DNA from: Microbotryum violaceum
Taxonomy: Eukaryota
NCBI GenBank assembly: GCA_001244265.2
Contig: CDLV01000004.1
Span: 868,001-932,000, forward strand
Length of the DNA stretch: 64,000 nt
Direction of reading: 5' to 3'
The translations under genes and the position numbers were made by a program. The notes under the pieces were generated by a model. It did no database searches. It saw nothing but the letters and a program-made list of their open reading frames with translations, and was not told the DNA's origin. How positions within the stretch are numbered: position 1 is the stretch's first letter; each line of letters starts with the position of its first letter. Shown here piece after piece: positions 55,397 to 64,000 of the stretch.

Positions 55397-55826
55397 CTAC
55401 TGAAACTCCCGACAGTCTCCAGAGATGCACAATGGAGACAAGCGCTGAACTGAGCTGATATCGAAGGACTCGTTCCGAGAACGAGTTATAAGAGGCCTTG
55501 CCGCGTTTTTGTATACTGATCTGACATGCTGGAGTGTTACCCACCTGGTTGGCAATCCAATTATTGATTCGACCTCGTGCGTCTGGGCCGTCGTCGCGGG
55601 CGAGTTGTATGATGAGATCAAGTACATGCTTGAGCTGGGTCCAGTTACTGTTGAAGAGCTTTGTCCTATGATTGTGAACACGATCATGTTCTGTTGATGG
55701 GCTGAAATACCACGAGAGGTATTGACATAGTGAGAGCTTGTGAAGCCGAAACCGAGCGAATAGATCCGCCCGACGGCGGCGATCCTGGCGAGTCGTCGAG
55801 TCATAGCGTTTGCGGTTGCGCGTCAT
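55397..55826 (-). pseudogene. N-terminal fragment of a helical protein, tentatively DUF6589-family-like
   Basis: L..YL..YF...HR.KLF...W..L..VLD.I......GR..NWI pattern, recalled from basidiomycete TE-associated proteins and not verified. Confidence 0.35.
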
Positions 55827-56499
55827 TCTGAGATAAGCGCGGTGTTGCACCGATAACAAGCGAAGAGCATAGTACCGAGAAGACGAGTGATGCGGAATGG
55901 GACGGGAGAGAAACCGATGCGCACACGCCGAAGGTTTTATGGCTCTATAAGGACGGGCCATATGGCACACGCAAGGATGCCGTACGGGCTCGATGAGGTC
56001 GCACTACAGTAGAATAAATCTGCTGCCATACGGAAGCCATGGTTGTCCGCCCAAGAGTCGCGTTCAGTCGCAGATAGTACTCCGGTCTACAGGGCTGATC
56101 ATTGTACAGTGGGTTTCTACCCTTGTCACACGACTGTGTTTTCTTGCATTCTCAAGCTCAACATCGCGTACGAGGCCGAGCAGCCTCCGAGCAGCCTCCG
56201 AGGGGCCACTCGGTCACTCGGTGCTTGTCTGCGGCTTGCGAGTGGCTCCGGCCGTGCCCGGGGGCGGGGGCTGAGACCGACCGGTTGTGAGAGAGGAGGC
56301 GAGAGGAGGCGAGAGGAGCCAGCTGGAGCGGCCCTGGCGCCTTCGCGGAGCCCCACCCTCTCTTTTGTTTGCCCATTTGACAATCCCGGGCACAACACAC
56401 CTCTCGACAGTGAACACCATTTCCGTTCAGTTGAGGGACTTGGAACAAGTCATGGAGAATGGTGGGTGCTAACGACGTCATGGTTCCCGGCCAACCTGG

Positions 56500-58416
56500 A
56501 TGGTAGCGACTCTTTGCGGCACTCGGACCCACGCCCGGCCGTTGGCTCGCAGTCGCGTTGACGTGAACACTTTCATCGTGTCATCATCCTCATTGCCATC
56601 ATCCACAGACTTTGTTCTGGAATGGTCCTCTCAGCGAGCTTCTGCCGGCTATGTGTGCCGGTACTGTGGTGGCGAGCGCATGTGGTATCGTCGCGCCGTT
56701 CGACACGCCGCGACCAAGAAGCACCTCGACGCGTACAACAGTCGAGCCGATCCCGCTGTCAATTGGACCAACCGGTTACTGCAACCCACGCCTCAGGCGC
56801 TCTCGAGCAGCGACGAGGCGGACTTGGTCGATTCCAATCAAAATCCGGCAGAGACCGGAACAGTAGGCCACTCTCTGCTTGCTGTCGCTGGCGAGATCAT
56901 CAAGTCGTCTGAAAGCGTGCCTGCTTCCAGTCCGTCCCCGCCAAGTGATCACGAGGATTCCGTTCTCGACCACGCCCTCTTCCTTCCAGAAGGCAATTGC
57001 TCGTCCTATTCCCAGGGCACTGGCTCCAAGTCCGACAGCGAGGTCGAGATCGATGGCGGGGCGGAGGAAGAAGAGTCGGATGACTGGGTTAAGACTTGGG
57101 CCACTGCGGGCTCCACCAGTGAGTGGGAACGAGCAATGATGCAATGCCCCTCGTAAATTTTCCACTAACGCAAGTATTGCCCAACTTCTGGGCTGTAGCT
57201 GTGGTGACAGGCAGCCCCGCGATGCCCACACGGCTGGGCGTGCGCAACTACACAAGCGTACCTGATTTGTCGCATCCCTGGTATCCCTTCCCCAGTCAGA
57301 ATGTGCGCCGATCTACTTTCTTTGCTCCGGAATCACGCGATTGGCCAGGAGCTGACCCCCTTGCGAACATAGATGATGATCATCGTCGTGTTTCTCAGAT
57401 CCCACAAGGCGTGCAAGAGCTGGACGACATGACATCAGCAACTTTGCCACTCGCGCTTGGTGCAATTTGGCGCACCGGATATTATAGAAAACGAGCTAAA
57501 TGTCACTAAAAGTGCGCTTTTGGCACTAAAATGCGCTAAATGGTACTAAATTGCACTAAAGCGCGAGTGGCAAAGTTGCTGATGATGCTTGCATTTGCCA
57601 AGGCCTTCGGCGTGCAGGGTCTTCCTGCGGCGTCTTCCGTCAAAAAGTTTCTGGCCAACTTGGAAAAAGAGATTCCCCTCTTCAAACCCCGCCAGTATAC
57701 GAAGGAGGACGGACGCTCTCTTCACGTGGTGTCGCCTCGCGATTATGTCGCTGCGGTAGGTCCCTGCCATTCCGTGTCAATGGTCGAATGCCTTTGACTG
57801 AACCGTTTCCGGGAACGAACAATTCTGCACAGCATTTTGCAACGCCTTCATTGGCCCCTCTCGTGCAGCATTATCCCGAGTTTCAGCCTTCTCAAGTCGA
57901 TTCCGCCTATCACACTCGCCGCTGGCTCACTGACCTTCCTCCCAGATTTTCGGCCCCATGGCCCGCGTCAGGGGCGACGACTACTTTGTTGACGAGATCA
58001 TCAAGCTCAAGGGTGTTGATGATATGCACTGGTTCGTCGGCCGCTTCGTGTCCTTCGAAAGCAAGGTGCACGCTTTCGTTTGCTTTGCAGCCATCAAGTC
58101 TATCTTTCGGGTCGAGGTCAAGCTGCCCGCTGCTGGGCGTCAACTCATAAAGTGGCCACAAATGTCCCCTTCGCGATGGTGCCTGGTACCTGTCGAGCAG
58201 TTCGATCATCACCCGCAGTTGGTCTTGACGAAAAGCGGCCTCGTCCCGACCGAAGCGTACAACAAGAACCTCCCGTTCCGCCACAACCTGCTTTCAAACA
58301 TTCCGGCTCTGTTGGTGCAGGGTCGTAGTGATCCCCTCCGACATGTGAGCAGACGCCTCGCGTCTTGTGGTCTCCTAGCGGTCCTGACAAAATTGAAAAT
58401 CTTCCCAGATCCATAA
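56500..58416 (+). pseudogene. Zn-finger Plavaka/CACTA-related fungal transposase, N-terminal half, spliced, with a MITE insertion
   Basis: CRYC..RHAATKKH finger, acidic linker, PWYPFPS, GV..LP, F.TP...L.HYPE...YH..RW...PM.RV...YFVDE. The catalytic half is absent. Confidence 0.6.
57433..57584. mobile_element. 152-bp MITE
   Basis: 26-bp perfect TIR CATCAGCAACTTTGCCACTCGCGCTT, extending imperfectly to about 36 bp. Internal (C/T)ACTAAA repeats. Confidence 0.9.
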
Positions 58417-59527
58417 ATCCCAAAAAGATAAAGCTACTCTAGGTCGTACCATCAATCAATGGTACAAAGGCCAACAGGTTGCCGTCACGGAAGGGCACGT
58501 GACCTGGTGGAGTATACTGGTGCGTATATATGAAGAGCCCGCCTCCACCCTCGATCCTGACCTGCGCTTGTAATCACCATACCAGTGGCAGGCGATGAAG
58601 GCGCCGAACACTTCGAACCTTAACGATTCCAAGGCCAACAGCTTCGCGAACAAGCTCAAGCGTTATGGTGACAACCTCGCCGAAGACGCCGCGAACGCAC
58701 TCCACGCGGGCCGCTACAAGAGGAATGGGGGGTTCGATCATCAAGCGTGAGCTTCATGCTTCATGGTGAGATACATGGCATAATCGAATATTCTGACACT
58801 TGGTGACTTTTTGGGCGCGTACAAGATTTCTCTTCGACACAGTCACGGCGAAGATGAAGCGACACTCCGGCATCCGGACGGCCCCTCAAAACACACTCGG
58901 CGACCACGCGCTACAAGCCGTCTGCTCTGAAGTCATCGAGGATCCGGTGAACAACCTCAGCTTTTCCAGCCGAGTAGCCGTGAGTGGCGCCCTCAATCCA
59001 CCACATGCCGAACTTGGACTGACGAACGATCCCCGGATCGAACACAGGACGCAGTCCAGGAGATGGGTGAAAAAAGGAGGACGGAAGACCACCAAAGATG
59101 AGGAGCACATCGAGGACGGGCAACCCTAAGCAAATTGAACAAGCTCTCTGGAGCATTCGACGTGTGCAAGGGGACTCGGGCGCGACTTGGGGTGGAGTCG
59201 GGGTGGACCATGGGTGGGGCTTTCTGAGACATATAACGGGGTTTTTTAGACTTGTATCAACATGTTTTTAGTATTTGCAATGAGTGTTGCTTCGTGTGAT
59301 AAGTCTAAAGGAGCCAGAAGACAATATGTACCTACAGCACCTGGTCCAGCATTTACTACAGCGTCCACCTGGTCTCCTTATTGATGCCCTACGTGTACCA
59401 CATTGCGTCCATGCTTCTACATTAGGGCCACCCTATCGTCCCACTATGGCTTCCTTCGGGAGTCTATATCAAGCCGCCCTATGGCTGCCGTATGGCTCGC
59501 ACGTGTTCATGCCCTATGGGCTGGCCA

Positions 59528-62487
59528 TTTTTTTTTTATCTAATAGATTTCATTAACAGCATATCTATATTAATGCCTAAAAATCCTCGGAAAAGACGGA
59601 GGGAATGCAGTTAAGCACACTGGCGAGGCCAGTAGTGTGGGACTCGTTGACCTTGGAACAAAATCAACCATACCCACTAAAACCCCCTTAGGCGGTTACA
59701 GCGAAACCAGTCGTCCCTTGGACTCCTGGATGGACGCGCGGAGCTCCTCAAATGCCGTTTCGGCGATCGGCTCCAGAGGATCCGACGAAAATCGACGGCG
59801 ACGAGAGAGCTTCCAGATCGCGTGGAAGAAGAGTAGACGCAGCTCGACGGGTCGGCGTTCCGAGCGAGAAACGACCGGGCACACGAACTGAACAAAGTCG
59901 GGGTGTGGGATAGGAGTGAGCGCAGACCAGAGGCGGCGGGCAAACGGGCAACCGACCGCAAGGTGTGCCAGGGTCTCCGGAGCCTCCGACAGGCACATGA
60001 CACATGCGGTAGATCGATTGTGGAGAGAACGGCTATTCGGAGAAGCGATTTGGCTACCTGGATGAAGTGAACCTAGGGAGAGGAGGTGGGCCGTGTCTTC
60101 GGCGTCCGAATGAACCCTGCGAATCTTGCGTAGCGCCTTCCACCAGGCATTCCAGCGTTGCTCGGGGAGACAGAAAACCCTCTGATGACCGAGAGGGAGG
60201 ATAGGAGGGTAGAGGAAGGCTTGGTGGCGTTTGGACGCGTTCACAAACGAAGACGGAGTCATCACCTCGCCATCGGGTCCTCGGAAAAGCGTCGGGTTCA
60301 CCGAGAGTCGGATTCCGTGGCCTGCTGGGAAGTAGAGGACGTGTGTTGCCCACCGCTCCAGATTCGGGCTCTTGGAAAGTTCGGGGGGTTCAGCGTTGTC
60401 ACCAAATCCCAGGCTTCGAAAAAGCGGATCCATCGTGGAGGGAGCAGGGCCTTCGTCTTCCTCACTGCGCGTTCCCACTGTGGAGGAGGGTGGCAAAAGT
60501 AGGCCCACCAGATCCAGACCCACGAGCGACGATGTGGGTTGGGGCCTGATTTGGGCAAGGTAAAGGGGGTGCGTTCGTTCGCCGCCTGAAGGCGAGTGCG
60601 GATGTCGAAGAGGTGCCGAATGAAGCAGCCGTCCGGGTCCCGAAGATGAAAGACCCACTTGGCGTGATCGACCGCGAGGCGCCGAGGTAAGTCAATCAAG
60701 CCAAAGCCGCCGTGGTCGAGAGGGGTGCAGAGGCGCAGCCGAGAGACCTTCGGGGTTTCTGAGATCCGTCCGAGGCTCGACCGTGGATAGCGATCATGAC
60801 CGCGTCCTCGATCTCCTTGACGACGCTCTTGGAAGCTGGGATGAAACGATTATGGTAGAGAATCTTCGTGTAGCAGTAGATATTGATTATCGAACATTTC
60901 GCTGCGTACGGAAGGTCGTACATTGGGATGGATCGTATCCGGGCGACGGTCGCGGACTTGACCTCCTCCCAGCCCGCATCCTCAGCGATGTCCACCCCAA
61001 CCTGCACTCCCAGGTAACGAAACTGCGAGTCGCTGAGACGCCAGGACCCGAGGTGTGAAGGGATCGGACGGTCCCTGAATGACCGAGGGGGTAGAGGAAA
61101 GATTTGGCGTTGCTGAGCTTGCTGGCACTTGCCCGCTCGTACAGCTCGATCGCCCGATTGAGGTGGTCGAGGTCCGAGGTGTCGTGGAGAGCACAGCAGG
61201 CATCGTCGGCAAAGAGAAGTTCTCGTATGGTTGGGAGTCCCGGGCTCGCGATGCCCTTGACTTGTGACCGCAACTGTACGGCGAAGCCCTCAATTGCGAG
61301 AACGAAGAGCGACGGAGCCAGCGGGTCGCCTTGTCGAACTCCCGAGAGGATATCGAACGCGGCCGAGAGCCATCCGTTGAGGTAGATTGAGGCGGATTGG
61401 TTTGTATAGGTCGCTCGGTACCATTGGCAGGCTTTCGGGCCAAGGCCAACGGCGCTGAGGACTGCATCGATGTAGGTGTGGGAAAGACGGTCGTAAGCCT
61501 TCTCGAAGTCCATCACTGCGAGCAGACCGGACACCGGCTCTGAACCGGGAGCCCAGGATCCATGAGACACTGCACCTCGGCGATGTTCGTGCCAATCCAG
61601 CGGTTCGGAATGAAACCGCGCTGGGTCGAGCCGATCAGGGTCTCGAGCAGAGGGGCAAGGCGCTGGTTGTGGGCTTGGGAGATGATGCGTTCATCAGCGT
61701 TGATGAGTGATATGGGGCGTTTGTTCACCAGCCGATCCCTCTCGCCGCGCTTGTGGATGAGGTGGATGTGGGCAGTGTGGCGGGCCGACGTTCGAGAACT
61801 GGCGTCGTCGGTGGGGATCGAGTTGATGACGTCGCGGAGGATGGGGCCTGTGGCTGTCCACGTTGCGCGGTAAAACTCGACCGGGAGACCGTCGGGTCCA
61901 GGCGAGGAGTTCGACTTACACGCCTCTTGTGCCTTTGTTATCTCCTCTAGGGGGTACGCTCCTTCGAGCTTGTCCGAATCGGCAGGGGATAGGCGAGTCG
62001 AGGCGAGACCGTCGATAATCTTCTCCAAGGCGTCGTCATCGATAGCGCGATCCTCGTAGACCCCTTCGAAGTACTTGCTAGCGGCTCCAAGCATCGAGTC
62101 GGGGTCGGAGTGGACGACATTGTCGACCGAGAGGGAAGGGATGAGGTCGGATGCGCGCACTTTGCGTAGGCGGATGAAGATGGAAGATGGGCCCGCGAGG
62201 GAAGGATCAATGCGGGACCGCAGCGCCGCGCCGTAGCGCGAGTGATCTGCCTTCGCCTCCTCCGATCCTCCACGTCGGAAGCGGGCAAGTGTGCGAGCCA
62301 GAGCCTGAAGCTCGGGCAGCAAGTGTTGTTTGGTGGACGTCCAAGCTGCTGATGGGTCGTCGGGCGTCTGGAGGAGGGCTTCATTGTAGAGGGCCTGGAC
62401 AGTGGAAGTGAGGTATTCGCAGGTCGCGTCGCCCTCGATCACGTGCAAACCCAACTTGAATTTACCCGGACCGATGTCGATTGCGCC
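59528..62487 (-). mobile_element. 5'-truncated L1/Tx1-like LINE-3 (RT, Zn finger, short 3' UTR, poly(A))
   Basis: GPGKFKL, SSPGPDGLPVEFY, RPISLIN, DFEKAYD, GVRQGDPL, LFADD and CVMC..ETLAHL..GC motifs. Stop at 59696, T10 at 59528-59537. Several frameshifts. Confidence 0.93.
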
Positions 62488-62872
62488 CTATATGGACCAT
62501 AGGGCTATTCGCCTAAATGATTAGGAAGGCCGTATGCCAAGGCCATATGGAGCCATAGGGATGCCTTAAGGGGACTATAAATAGGCACCTTGTCGTCGGT
62601 CCGCTCTTCTCCTTTGGCCAATCACTCGCCGCTCGCTCGAGCTGGACCTCTCACTCGGACTTGCGCGCGACACACGTTCGTTGATCACCAGGTCACCGAA
62701 GTCTGCATGTAGCACACAAGTCCCACTTTGAAGAACGTCGCGTCGTCGTCACCACCGCCATCTCGCTGCCTACTCCGTCGCACCAACTTGTTCCAGCTCG
62801 GCTGTGCGCACGAGGTCATACCTACCGGAAGCCGCGTGACATACCATTCGCAAGGCTAAAGGCTCTAAGATT

Positions 62873-62873
<1 letters not shown>

Positions 62874-62903
<30 letters not shown>

Positions 62904-62935
62904 ATCATCATCGTTGTCATTGTCGTCATTGTCAT
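62874..62935. repeat. (GTC/ATC)n trinucleotide tract encoding poly-Asp on the minus strand
   Basis: Low-complexity run that reads DDNDDNDNDDDDGDDDDDDDKS-stop on the minus strand. Confidence 0.75.
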
Positions 62936-64000
62936 CTCGCCGACGATTACGTCGCACCACCTTGCTCTCTACGTCGGCATTTGGATCCACGTTTTGCGTA
63001 CATTCGCTTCAAGCCTACAGTAAGGCCTTTGATCACTCGTTGCAAATCAGTCGTCGTCTTCTTCCGATTCTCACCCGCCATTCGAACACCTGTGGACGCT
63101 CGTTCAAGCCTGCTCGCGGCTATGACTCGATTTGCTCCCACCCATGTGCTGCGGTGCCAACGCCAACGTTCCCATGCCCACAAACATATTTTCGCACGAA
63201 CCATCACCTCCTTGTAAGCGCTTCACCGCTCTGGCTACTCCTCGTATGATCGTGGCGATACCAGCTTGTGCGACCACGTCGAGACTCGCTGTGGTGATGG
63301 CTCTGGGGGACTGCACTTGCGCTGACGCTTTCGCTCGTGCCTTAGTTCCTCAACAGCGATGTTACAGGTGAAGAACTTTCTGTTTCGAGCCCATCTACGA
63401 CAGTCCCGGCCTTTATTCGTGCAGGGTGGAGGGCCGAGCGATCAAGCTCCTAGCCAGAAGCATGACGTCATCGCCTGGCTAAGCTTGATCAACAATCACC
63501 TTGATCTCATGTAGTCATAAGCCTTCTCGCCCATGCCATCGCCAACAAAGGTGAGTACATCCCATCAAAATACCGGTGCGCTTTTACGTTCCTTCCGAGC
63601 CCTGGGATCGTGCTTGATTGCGTCGCACCGTCACCTGCTTACCGTGACGGTCTTCTCCAATCGATGACACCGTGTGAGTGAGCTTGTGGTGGCATACTGC
63701 CCTGCTGATTTGGCTTGCTTCACAGCACTGAATTGGCTTGGGATGGTGGAACGTTCAAGTCCGATTCGTAGAACCGACCTCGCTGTCGGAGCTTCGCACC
63801 CCCTCTCGTCACGCTCGAGCTCCTTGCTTCGAAACACCCGAAGGACTGACCCTCCTCGATCTCTGTCCTTTGTTCACGATAATATACTGATACGCTATCA
63901 TGATCCAACCCATTCCTGTCCCAAACCCAGTCCAGACCTAGTCAAAGATTTGACCTTGCACAGCTGTTTCTGATGATGATCAAAGTCGGTGAGTCCACTC

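Overview
Eukaryotic, intron-containing fungal DNA. The short GT-AG introns with CTRAC/CTRAT branch sites, the gene set and a TCG-biased C>T mutation pattern point to a basidiomycete, probably Pucciniomycotina or Microbotryum-like (inference). Two islands of host genes sit in a pile of nested, decayed transposons. Island 1 (about 7.9-18 kb) holds an SLC45/SUT1-type sugar transporter that looks inactivated, a FolC/FOL3-family ligase, peptidyl-tRNA hydrolase PTH1 and the splicing helicase PRP16. Island 2 (43.6-51.5 kb) is the TFIIIC B-block-binding subunit TFC3/Sfc3. Mobile DNA includes two Ty1/Copia elements (one full length, with LTRs, PBS and TSD, inserted in a LINE ORF1), solo LTRs, at least three L1-like LINEs, two rearranged Helitrons in inverted orientation with 140-bp exon+intron tandem arrays, a CACTA transposase, a MITE and many subterminal repeat arrays. 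The most intriguing item is a decayed cassette of RecQ-like helicase, a possible DUF6589-like protein and a Zn-finger Plavaka/CACTA-like transposase, which may be a poorly described composite DNA transposon. No tRNA, rRNA or CRISPR array was found. All family assignments come from motif recognition by eye, with no database search.
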